Of a stretch of DNA of 64,000 bases, positions 10,144-18,094 are shown one piece after another; the first letter of the stretch is position 1, and every line of letters begins with the position of its first letter. This DNA comes from Candidatus Saccharimonadota bacterium (lineage in GTDB: Bacteria > Patescibacteriota > Saccharimonadia > Saccharimonadales > Saccharimonadaceae), in assembly GCA_017512095.1 (NCBI GenBank), contig JAFWHC010000001.1:71099-135098 (forward strand). The letters are read 5' to 3'. The position numbers and the translations under genes are program-made. Under the pieces are notes generated by a model. It was not told where the DNA came from, did no database searches, and saw only the letters and a list, made by a program, of their open reading frames with translations.

Positions 10144-11000
10144 TGCCAGAGCTGCCTGAAGTAGAGACAATTCGGAGAGGACTTTCGGATTGCATAATAA
10201 AAGAAAAGGGTGGCAAAGTTTTGACGGTGAAAATTTATTCGGGGAAGAGTTTTATCGGAGAGCCGTCGCGGATTATGGGCGCGGAGGTGATTGAGATTAG
10301 GCGGAGGGGAAAAGCGTTGATTTTTGACCTTTCAAACAGGGTTAGTGTGATTTGCCATTTGCGGATGACTGGACAGTTAGTGTGGGTAGGGAAGGAGCGC
10401 TTTGCTGGCGGACACCCGAGCGACAATTTTATTGCGGATTTGCCGAATGGGCAGACGCGAGTGATTATCAAATTCCAGAATGGAACGTTGTTCTTTAATG
10501 ATCAACGGAAATTTGGGTTTATGAAAGTCTTGCCAACGAATCGAGTCGAAGACGATGATTTTATCGCAAGGCTTGCGAAAGAGCCTTGGCAAATGAAGCC
10601 CGAAGAATTTTATCGTAAATTGCAGAGGCACAAGAATGCGCCAATTAAGATGGTGATTCTGGACCAAACGGTGGTTGCTGGTCTTGGCAATATCTACGCG
10701 GACGAAGCGCTTTATTATGCAAAGATAAAGCCAAAAAGGAAAGCGGGGCTTGTGTCGGAGTCGGAGGCGGCTAAGTTACTTGAGGGGGCTAGGGTGGTGA
10801 TGGAGCGAAGTCTCGAGGCGGGAGGTTCGACAATTCGGAATTATGTAAAAAGTGATGGAACAAAGGGCGATTATTTGGAGCTGTTTGCGGAGGTGTTTAA
10901 TCGAGAGGGACAAAAGTGCCGTCGGTGCGGTGCGGAGATTGTGAAGGTGAAGCTCGGTGGGAGAGGGACGCATTATTGTCCAGAATGTCAGAAAGAATAA
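10143..11000 (+). CDS. mutM: Formamidopyrimidine-DNA glycosylase
   Basis: MPELPEVET, RRGK, HLRMTG, FNDQRKFG, AGLGNIYADE, C4 zinc finger CRRC...YCPECQ. Confidence 0.98.
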   Translation: MPELPEVETIRRGLSDCIIKEKGGKVLTVKIYSGKSFIGEPSRIMGAEVIEIRRRGKALIFDLSNRVSVICHLRMTGQLVWVGKERFAGGHPSDNFIADLPNGQTRVIIKFQNGTLFFNDQRKFGFMKVLPTNRVEDDDFIARLAKEPWQMKPEEFYRKLQRHKNAPIKMVILDQTVVAGLGNIYADEALYYAKIKPKRKAGLVSESEAAKLLEGARVVMERSLEAGGSTIRNYVKSDGTKGDYLELFAEVFNREGQKCRRCGAEIVKVKLGGRGTHYCPECQKE

Positions 11001-11032
11001 AATTTGGTAAAATAGAATAAAGGAGGACTTTT

Positions 11033-11122
11033 ATGGAAGAAGAAAAGGATTTAGAATTGCTTGAAAGTGAGCGTGGGGATAATTTAGACGCGGATGAAGA
11101 GAAGGGGGATTGTGGGGATTAG
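11033..11122 (+). CDS. Putative 29-aa acidic small protein (MEEEKDLELLESERGDNLDADEEKGDCGD)
   Basis: TG-G-TAAAAT promoter and perfect SD AAGGAGG precede ATG 11033; stop overlaps GTG of next gene. Not in ORF track. Confidence 0.4.
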   Translation: MEEEKDLELLESERGDNLDADEEKGDCGD

Positions 11123-11741
11123 AGTTTTTACCGGGGACGACCGAGTAAAAATTTCTGAGGAAGTTGTTAAGGTTCTTGGCGGGAACTATGAGGTTTTTGA
11201 GGGTGAGAATTTGGCGAATTCTGATTTGCCGTCAATTTTTTTGGGGGCAACTTTGTTTTCGGAGGGGGCGAGAAAGGTTTTGGTGAAAGATTTGTCGGAA
11301 AATAAAGAAGTGTTCGAAGAATTTGCCAGACGAATTGACGAGTTTTTGAAAACTGATGCGGAGATTGTGGTTTGGGAGACAAAATTGGATAAGAGACTTA
11401 CTTCAGTAAAAACGCTCGTGGCGGCGGGCGTAGAGATAAGAGAGTTTAAGTTGAATGCGTCTGTTGATATGCGAGCTGTGTTTAATATATATGATTTAGC
11501 GTTGCGTGATGGCGCGAAGGCGGTGGCGGAACTCGAAAAAATCGAAAAGACGCAAGACCCATATATGTTTTTTGGACTCATGGTATCACAAGCGTTGAAA
11601 AAATTAGAGTGGCGACCGAATGGTGCGAAGGAGAGGAATGTTTTGCGAGAACTTGCTGCGGTCGATATGCAAATGAAATCCACGGCAGTGGAGCCGTGGA
11701 AATTGGTGAAAAGTTTTTTGCTAAGAGCAACTACTTTGTAG
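11112..11741 (+). CDS. holA: DNA polymerase III delta subunit-like protein (short form)
   Basis: IRVFTGDD, ATLFSEGARKVLVK, VVWETKLDKR resemble HolA N-domain; tail-to-tail with rpsT as in the common holA/rpsT arrangement; GTG 11112 start chosen from SD. Confidence 0.6.
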   Translation: MGIRVFTGDDRVKISEEVVKVLGGNYEVFEGENLANSDLPSIFLGATLFSEGARKVLVKDLSENKEVFEEFARRIDEFLKTDAEIVVWETKLDKRLTSVKTLVAAGVEIREFKLNASVDMRAVFNIYDLALRDGAKAVAELEKIEKTQDPYMFFGLMVSQALKKLEWRPNGAKERNVLRELAAVDMQMKSTAVEPWKLVKSFLLRATTL

Positions 11742-11982
11742 TCTTGAGCTCTTTGGCGATGCGAGCGAGACGAGCTTTGCGACGAGAAGCTGTGTTTTTC
11801 TTGAGAAGGCCTTTTTTAACGGCTTTGTCATACTCGCTCTGGATTTTTTTCATGTTTTCGGCAGTTGGAGCAGCCTTGAAATTTTTAAGGGCGGTTTTGA
11901 TGGCCTTTTTGATTTCTTGGTTCTTGAGGGTGCGCTTGGTGGTCTGGCGAGCAGCTTTCTTAGCGGATTTAATGATTGGCAT
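11731..11982 (-). CDS. rpsT: 30S ribosomal protein S20
   Basis: MPIIKSAKKAARQ, DKAVKKGLLKKNTASRRKARL. Confidence 0.95.
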   Translation of the reverse strand: MPIIKSAKKAARQTTKRTLKNQEIKKAIKTALKNFKAAPTAENMKKIQSEYDKAVKKGLLKKNTASRRKARLARIAKELKTTK

Positions 11983-12139
11983 TAGAGTTCCTGTAAATTA
12001 GTGATTATTTATAATTTCTTGTATTATACCCTAAAGCGAAAAATATTTCAAGGGTCAATAGGGAGTAAATAGGGGGAACGAGATATTTTCTACAAAAAGC
12101 GCAAGAATTATGGTATACTAGATTTGGAAGTATATTTTT

Positions 12140-14170
12140 ATGGACAACAAAGAGAATAGAAAGCCAAATGTAAATCCAAACAGGGGCAAGGCGGGGCGAG
12201 ACATTTCCGACCCGACGTTGAAAAAAGTTTTGGAGAAAATTGATGAGGCGGAGAGTGTATTAGTTGCGCTTTCAAACGACCCGACGGTTGATGAAATTGC
12301 GGCGGCAATGGGGCTTTCGATGGCGCTTGACAATGCAGGGAAGCATGTGACGGCGATTTATTCGGGGAAGACGCCGAACGTTTTGCAGTTCTTGAAACCA
12401 GAAGAGAGATTTGAGACGGGGACGGAAAGCTTGCAAGATTTTGTGATTGCGCTTAATAAGGACAAGGCTGATCACTTGCGATATAAAATCGATGGTGATT
12501 TTGTGAAGGTCTATGTAACGCCATATAAGACGACGATTTCTGGAGATGATATTGAGTTTTCGCGCGGGGATTATAACGTTGATCTGGTGATTTCTTTGAA
12601 TGTGCCGGCGGCGACGGAACTTGACGCGGCGCTTAAGGAACATGGGCGGATTATGCATGATGCGACGTCGATTAATATCACAAATGGTGCGGCGGGGAAG
12701 TTTGGAGACGTTGAGTGGGTGGATGCGAAAGCGAGTTCGATTTCCGAGATGGTCTCTAAGTTGGCTTTTGAGCTCGAGGGAAAAATGGATGCGTCGACGG
12801 CCACGGCTCTATTAACGGGTCTTGTGGCAGCGACGGACAGGTTTAAGAATCCGGCGACGACGCCAGATGCGATGGTGCTTGCTGCGAAGTTGATGGGGGC
12901 GGGGGCGGACCAGCAACTTGTAGTGCAAAATGTGCAAGGCGAAGTTGTCTTTGATGGAGAAGCGGCGGGAGCGAAGAATGTGGTAGTGCCGGAGGCGGAT
13001 TCTGATGCGGTTTCTGAGTCGGATGTTGATTCGGGCTCTGGTTCGGACGAGCCAAGGGACGCGTCACATCTTTCGATTGATCATGGTGAGGGGAACGAGG
13101 CGGAGGCGCCCGTGGAGATGGACGCGGAAAAACCGGTTTTGGAGAATAGTGAAAATGAGAGTTCTGAGGTGCAAGAACAGGGGTCGGACGCTGAAGCGAG
13201 CGCGGAGCAAAGTTCCGCAAATTTGACGCCAGAAATATCGAATCTGGGACAGGAAGCTGGGGCGACTAATTCCGGAGCCGAAGAAGATCCTGTGAAGGCG
13301 GCGATGGCATCGGCTTTGAACCCGATGGGGGCGCCAGTGGCTTCTGCTGCGAGCACAGTCGCGGGAGTGGACGTAGCGGTGGCGCCGGAAAATGCAAACG
13401 GTTACGCCGGTGGGTCAATGGCGGATCAGATTCTGAATAACCTTGAAAAGAATGAGTCGAACGTTGGAGCGACTGATTATGGCAAGATGATTGACGAGGC
13501 GCTTGACGAGCCTCTGCCTGGGGAAGGTGGGATTCAGGTTGGCCAAGTTGGGGCAGCTGGAGTGCAAGTTAATACGCAGGATGTAGATAAGGTAGATGTA
13601 CCACAGGGGAATCCAATGTCGGGAGTGATTGGACCTTCGGCTTCGTCGGCGAATGACGAAGAGGAGGCGATGAATATTATTAAGGCGGCGCAGGAAGAAG
13701 CCAATGCGCCTTTGCCTGGCGTAACGCCGGGCGGCGAATTACCGAAGATTATTCCGGGAGGAGGGATGACGATTGATGAGCAGCCAGTGGGAATGGGTGA
13801 TGCGTCTGTTGGCGCGGGGAATCCTCCGGCTGGAATGACGTTGGAGCCGAATCCGATGCCGATGCCTGGGCAAGACACTTTGCCGCCGCCAGTTTTGCCG
13901 ACGCCAGATTTTGGGGCGATGCCGCCGAGCGATACCGTGGTGCCGGGCGGAATGGAAATGCCTGGGGCGGGCGCGTCGGTGCAGTCGATGATGCCAGTTG
14001 AGAATACTATTCCGGTGCCAGAGCCGGTGGCGATGCCAAATGTGATGGTGCAGCCGGATATGAATGCGGGGGTGATAGCGGCGGGGTTGCCGCAGGTGCC
14101 AGAAGCGCCAGCTGTTCCTGAAACACCGGCGGATCCTAGCGCCTTCAAAATACCTGGTATTCACACATAA
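12140..14170 (+). CDS. Degenerate DHH-phosphoesterase-like N-domain plus ~420 aa acidic/Pro-Gly-Met-rich disordered tail
   Basis: VLVALSNDPTVDEIAA, ATALLTGLVAATDRF, AAKLMGAGAD follow the DHH fold but metal ligands are missing; low-complexity C-terminus. Confidence 0.7.
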   Translation: MDNKENRKPNVNPNRGKAGRDISDPTLKKVLEKIDEAESVLVALSNDPTVDEIAAAMGLSMALDNAGKHVTAIYSGKTPNVLQFLKPEERFETGTESLQDFVIALNKDKADHLRYKIDGDFVKVYVTPYKTTISGDDIEFSRGDYNVDLVISLNVPAATELDAALKEHGRIMHDATSINITNGAAGKFGDVEWVDAKASSISEMVSKLAFELEGKMDASTATALLTGLVAATDRFKNPATTPDAMVLAAKLMGAGADQQLVVQNVQGEVVFDGEAAGAKNVVVPEADSDAVSESDVDSGSGSDEPRDASHLSIDHGEGNEAEAPVEMDAEKPVLENSENESSEVQEQGSDAEASAEQSSANLTPEISNLGQEAGATNSGAEEDPVKAAMASALNPMGAPVASAASTVAGVDVAVAPENANGYAGGSMADQILNNLEKNESNVGATDYGKMIDEALDEPLPGEGGIQVGQVGAAGVQVNTQDVDKVDVPQGNPMSGVIGPSASSANDEEEAMNIIKAAQEEANAPLPGVTPGGELPKIIPGGGMTIDEQPVGMGDASVGAGNPPAGMTLEPNPMPMPGQDTLPPPVLPTPDFGAMPPSDTVVPGGMEMPGAGASVQSMMPVENTIPVPEPVAMPNVMVQPDMNAGVIAAGLPQVPEAPAVPETPADPSAFKIPGIHT

Positions 14171-14187
14171 TATGATAAAATAATCTC

Positions 14188-14871
14188 ATGGAAAATGAGA
14201 TTATTTTGATTGATAAGCCGAAAGGTATTACGAGTTTTGGAGTAGTGGCGCGGGTGAGGAGAGTGTTGTTGGAGCGAGTGGGGAAGAAGGTGAAAGTTGG
14301 GCATACGGGGACGTTGGATCCGTTTGCGACGGGGCTTTTGATTTTGATGGCGGGGAAGGCGACGAAGAGGTGTTCGGAGTTTATGAAGCTTGATAAGGAG
14401 TATGAGGCGGAGATTCGGCTCGGTGAGACGTCAACAACAGGGGACCCAGAGGGGATTGTACAAAAAAGTTATACAGGCGAGGCACCGGATTTCGAGACGG
14501 TTAAAAAAGTTGTTCAGAGTTTTCAGGGAGAAATAGAGCAAAGAGTGCCGGCGTTTTCGGCGGTGAAGGTTAATGGGCGGCGGGCGTATGACCTTGCGAG
14601 GAAGGGAATTAAGGTAGAGATGCCGGTTCGGAAGGTGAAAATATATGAAATTGAAATTTTGGAGTATAGTTGGCCGGTTCTCAAGATTCGGGCGAAGGTG
14701 TCGTCGGGGACGTATATGAGGACGCTGGGGGAAGATATTGGGGAGAAGCTGGGGACGGGGGCGTATTTGACCGGGCTGAGGAGAACCAAGATTGCAGATT
14801 ATAGAGTGGAGGATGCTATTCAGCTAGAGGCTTTTCTAAATAGTCCTTTTGAGCAGAACAAAAGTTGCTAA
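14188..14871 (+). CDS. truB: tRNA pseudouridine(55) synthase
   Basis: [38 protein letters not shown]. Confidence 0.97.
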   Translation: MENEIILIDKPKGITSFGVVARVRRVLLERVGKKVKVGHTGTLDPFATGLLILMAGKATKRCSEFMKLDKEYEAEIRLGETSTTGDPEGIVQKSYTGEAPDFETVKKVVQSFQGEIEQRVPAFSAVKVNGRRAYDLARKGIKVEMPVRKVKIYEIEILEYSWPVLKIRAKVSSGTYMRTLGEDIGEKLGTGAYLTGLRRTKIADYRVEDAIQLEAFLNSPFEQNKSC

Positions 14872-14900
14872 AAAGACACCTCTGTGATATAATTTGTCAT

Positions 14901-15167
14901 ATGATTAGCAAAGATAAGAAAGCAGAGGCTATCAAGAAGCTCGCGCGTTCCGAAAAGGATGTCGGTTCTCCTGAAGTGCAAGTTGCTATCTTAACCGAGA
15001 GGATTAAGGAAGTAACTGAGCATGTGAAGGCGAATAAACATGATTTTATGGCGAGGCGCGGACTTATGCAGATGGTCGGTAGGAGAAAGAAATTGTTAAA
15101 ATATCTCGAATCGACCAACTTTGAGCTTTACAGGGATACTGTAGCTAAGCTCGGACTTAGAAAATAG
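14901..15167 (+). CDS. rpsO: 30S ribosomal protein S15
   Basis: [39 protein letters not shown]; ATG 14901. Confidence 0.97.
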   Translation: MISKDKKAEAIKKLARSEKDVGSPEVQVAILTERIKEVTEHVKANKHDFMARRGLMQMVGRRKKLLKYLESTNFELYRDTVAKLGLRK

Positions 15168-15168
15168 C

Positions 15169-15269
15169 TTTTTAGCGAATTTCTTCGTCAGAGCCTCCAC
15201 TACTCGCTCTCCGTACGTTAAGTACGGTTCGCTCCGTGGTTCGGCTCTTCCTCGAACTTCATCTAAAAA
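15169..15269. repeat. REP-like nested imperfect palindrome
   Basis: TTTTTAG/CTAAAAA, AGAGCC/GGCTCT, CCAC/GTGG, CCGTAC-GTTAA-GTACGG, with TCGCTC either side of the central hairpin. Confidence 0.6.
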
Positions 15270-15323
15270 TCTACTTTCTCCTGGTTCTGCACTGTATGAT
15301 TAGTCTCTGCTCAGAGAAAAGAG

Positions 15324-15356
15324 AAATCCCGTCCGTTATTCGGGCGGGATTTTTTT
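15324..15356. terminator. Bidirectional intrinsic terminator between rpsO and convergent orphan gene
   Basis: AAATCCCGTCCG / CGGGCGGGATTT stem, T6 tail. Confidence 0.8.
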
Positions 15357-15362
15357 GGAGGG

Positions 15363-15935
15363 TTATTTTTTTCGGGGAGTGGCGGTGGCGGCGTGCTCGG
15401 GATGTTCTTTGAGGTAGGCCTTGCGGCGTTCTTCCTTGGTAAGGTGTTCTTCTGGCGGTTCCGGTTTGCGGAGGCCGATGGAGAGGAGAAAGCTATGAAT
15501 GCTTTCTTTGTTGCCCTCTTCGAGGAAAAGCGCTAGGCCGTTGTCGGCTTCGACCCAGGCGTCCAGAGTCTCTTGGAGGCTGCTGAGGAGTCGGGGCTGA
15601 ATAGTCCTGAACTCGCTGGCGAGGAGTTTGCGGTCGACGTCTTTTTGGCGACGCTCGCCCGGGCAATAGGACAGGATGTAAGTGCGGCGGATTTTGTCTT
15701 TGCCGACTTTTTTGTCTGTCCAGGTGCCAGAGGAGGCGACAATATGGACGTCGTGTTCCTTGCGAATGCGGTCGCGCAGGGGACGGAAGAGCTCGATGAT
15801 GGGGTCGATGGCGGAAGTATCTCGATTGTGATGCTTCCATTCGACTACGAACTTCAGAGGTTCGGCGGCGTCGATGATGACGTGGGGCCGGTCGATGGTT
15901 TCTGCGCGGAGCATGGATTCTGGGGTGAATGGCAT
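15363..15935 (-). CDS. Hypothetical protein (orphan, 190 aa)
   Basis: Consensus promoter TTGACA-17-TATAAT with TG extension, SD AAGGAGG and terminator; no recognisable motif. Confidence 0.7.
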   Translation of the reverse strand: MPFTPESMLRAETIDRPHVIIDAAEPLKFVVEWKHHNRDTSAIDPIIELFRPLRDRIRKEHDVHIVASSGTWTDKKVGKDKIRRTYILSYCPGERRQKDVDRKLLASEFRTIQPRLLSSLQETLDAWVEADNGLALFLEEGNKESIHSFLLSIGLRKPEPPEEHLTKEERRKAYLKEHPEHAATATPRKK

Positions 15936-16044
15936 TTAGATGCCCTCCTTGTGATGTACTCTGTTTCTCATCTTGAAGATGGAAGCAGGCTATGTCTTTA
16001 TTATACCACAAGCGAGATGATATGTCAAGGTTGAATAGGGGCGG

Positions 16045-16821
16045 CTATTCGACGTCGACGCCTTTTTCGAGGGAGCGTTTGCCTAGAAAATAGAGGGCAA
16101 TAGAATAGAGGGCGTAGAAGATGCCGCTTAAGATGAAGAAATTTTGGAAGTTTTTGACAACGTCCAGGAAGGGCATGTCGCTAGTGGCGTTGAAGATGTT
16201 GGCAAAGGAAGGGAAGAGTTGGCTAAGAATGAAGGCGAGGCCTAGGAGGAGGATTTGGGCACCCAAATAAAAGACGATGGCGTAGAGGCCTGTGGCGAGA
16301 TTGCGGTGTTTGTGCGTGCGGCGACCGAGGATAGTAGCGGAGAAAACGCTGAGGCCGAGCGTGGTGACTTCGAAGATGAGGGTGAGAAGAAGAAAGACGA
16401 TGGTGGAAACATGGCTTTCCAGGAGAGTTTTGATTGTTTCCCAGACTTCGCCTTTAAGGAAAAGCAGGGCAAGGACGCCGAGAACGGCGACGAGGCAGAT
16501 GAGCATGGAAAAGAAGAAAGAGAGCGTGTGAGTGTTCCAGTGGACGGAGGGTTCGACGGGCAAGGTACGGTGGAGGTAGGCTTCGTCTCTTATAAGAGTG
16601 TTTTTAAAGTGGACGAAAGAGCGAGCGAGGACGTTGGCGACGAGACCGATGACGGCGCTAATGGCGAGAGACTGAAGAGTGTTGTGGATGATGATGCCGA
16701 CGACGGACGTGAGGTCGGTGGTCAGGCGCGAGGCTAGGCCAAGAATGAGGGCGCCACCGCCGAAGTAAAGGGCGAATTTGTTGACCCAGAGAAAGTTGAG
16801 TTTTAAGAGTTTGGTTAGCAT
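16045..16821 (-). CDS. ABC-2 type transporter permease (YtrC-like)
   Basis: Six TM segments, EAYLHRTLPV motif, coupled to ABC ATPase. Confidence 0.85.
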   Translation of the reverse strand: MLTKLLKLNFLWVNKFALYFGGGALILGLASRLTTDLTSVVGIIIHNTLQSLAISAVIGLVANVLARSFVHFKNTLIRDEAYLHRTLPVEPSVHWNTHTLSFFFSMLICLVAVLGVLALLFLKGEVWETIKTLLESHVSTIVFLLLTLIFEVTTLGLSVFSATILGRRTHKHRNLATGLYAIVFYLGAQILLLGLAFILSQLFPSFANIFNATSDMPFLDVVKNFQNFFILSGIFYALYSIALYFLGKRSLEKGVDVE

Positions 16822-17531
16822 TTGAAAGTCTCCCTAAAGATTTGATCGATGGATTTTTGATGTTTTTCGCGGAGATAGTCAGCGGAGCCGGTTAAAGTAA
16901 TTTTGCCATGGTTTAGAAAGATAACTTCGTCGAGAATGCGTTCGATGTCGGAGATGAGGTGGGTGGAGATGAGGACAGAAGAGCCGTCGGCAAAATTGGT
17001 CAGAATAGTATCGAGTATGAAGTCACGGGTGGCGGGGTCGACGCCGCCGAGAGGCTCGTCGAGGATGTAGAGGCTGGCTTTTCTCGACATGACGAGAATG
17101 AGCTGGAGCTTTTCTTGCATGCCCTTGGACATCTTTTTTAGTTTCATGTTTTCGTCGAGGTCGAGACTATGGAGCATCTCGACGGCCTTTTTACGGTCGA
17201 AGTTTTTGTAGAAACTCGAGAAGAGGTCGAGGTTGTATTTTATGGTGGTCGAGAGGTCGAGGTAGGTGCGCTCGGGGAGATAGGCGATTTCGGCTTTTGA
17301 GGACGGGCCGAGCGGGCGGTTTTTGAAGAGGATTTTGCCGGAGTCGGGGATGATGAGCGTGTTGATGGTTTTGATTAGGGTTGATTTTCCGGCGCCGTTT
17401 TTACCGAGCAGGCCGTAGATTTTGCCGGGCTTTAGCTCAAGGTTGATGTCGTCCAAGATGAGCTTATCGCTAAATGATTTTTCGAGGTGAGAGACCTCGA
17501 GTAGAGGGGAAGAGTTAGATTTCTTCTTCAT
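16815..17531 (-). CDS. ABC transporter ATP-binding protein (YtrB-like)
   Basis: GKNGAGKST, MSKGMQEK, LDEPLGGVD, STH. Confidence 0.95.
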   Translation of the reverse strand: MKKKSNSSPLLEVSHLEKSFSDKLILDDINLELKPGKIYGLLGKNGAGKSTLIKTINTLIIPDSGKILFKNRPLGPSSKAEIAYLPERTYLDLSTTIKYNLDLFSSFYKNFDRKKAVEMLHSLDLDENMKLKKMSKGMQEKLQLILVMSRKASLYILDEPLGGVDPATRDFILDTILTNFADGSSVLISTHLISDIERILDEVIFLNHGKITLTGSADYLREKHQKSIDQIFRETFKC

Positions 17532-17937
17532 GTGAGGTTCCTTTGAGATTAGCGTCGACTTCTTTCAAGAGGGCGAGAGCTTCGGATTTTTTTAGACCGA
17601 GATCACCCATCTTGATAAGGAAGGCGGCGGCGTGTTTTTTGGCAATGGCAAGTTTGGTGCTTTTTAAGAGCTCGCGGTCGGTCGTCACGAATTTGCCGTT
17701 GGTGCGGTCGGTCGTGATGAGATGTTTCTCTTCAAGGAGCCCCAGAGATTTTTGGATCGTATTGGGGTTTACCTTGACGGTGAGGGCTAGCTCGCGGACG
17801 GAAGGGAGTTTGTCTCCCGGTTTGTAGGTCCCGGCGGCGATCAAAAGTTCCAGCTTTTCAGCTAGCTGGAGGTAGATGGCTTTACCACTGCTGAAATTGA
17901 AATGGAGGGCCTCTTCTTTTGATTGTATTACTTGCAT
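17515..17937 (-). CDS. GntR family transcriptional regulator (YtrA subfamily)
   Basis: AIYLQLAE, PGDKLPSVRELA, VNPNTIQK; start placed at ATG 17937 from promoter geometry. Confidence 0.9.
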   Translation of the reverse strand: MQVIQSKEEALHFNFSSGKAIYLQLAEKLELLIAAGTYKPGDKLPSVRELALTVKVNPNTIQKSLGLLEEKHLITTDRTNGKFVTTDRELLKSTKLAIAKKHAAAFLIKMGDLGLKKSEALALLKEVDANLKGTSHEEEI

Positions 17938-17973
17938 AGTACAATAGTACACTAGGTTGCCCTAGTGTGTCAA
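17923..17973 (-). promoter_or_regulatory. gntR-ABC promoter with YtrA-type operator
   Basis: TTGACA (17968-73)-18-TACTAT (17944-49); inverted repeat TTGTACTA-N6-TAATACAA (17923-44) resembles the B. subtilis YtrA site. Confidence 0.75.
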
Positions 17974-18020
17974 GTCGTTTTTTTGACGACTTTATGATAT
18001 AATAGATGGGTATAATAAAT

Positions 18021-18081
18021 TCGGGAAGACCGCAGAGAAGAGTTGTAAAGGTTTTACGGTTGTTCTCTGATGTTTTCCCGA
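18021..18081 (+). promoter_or_regulatory. Long 5'-UTR stem-loop of pnp (candidate RNase III / PNPase autoregulation site)
   Basis: TCGGGAAGAC/GTTTTCCCGA, CAGAGAA/TTCTCTG, AGTTGTAAAG/TTTTACGGTT stacked helices starting just after TATAAT 18011-16. Confidence 0.65.
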
Positions 18082-18094
18082 GAAAGGGACATTA

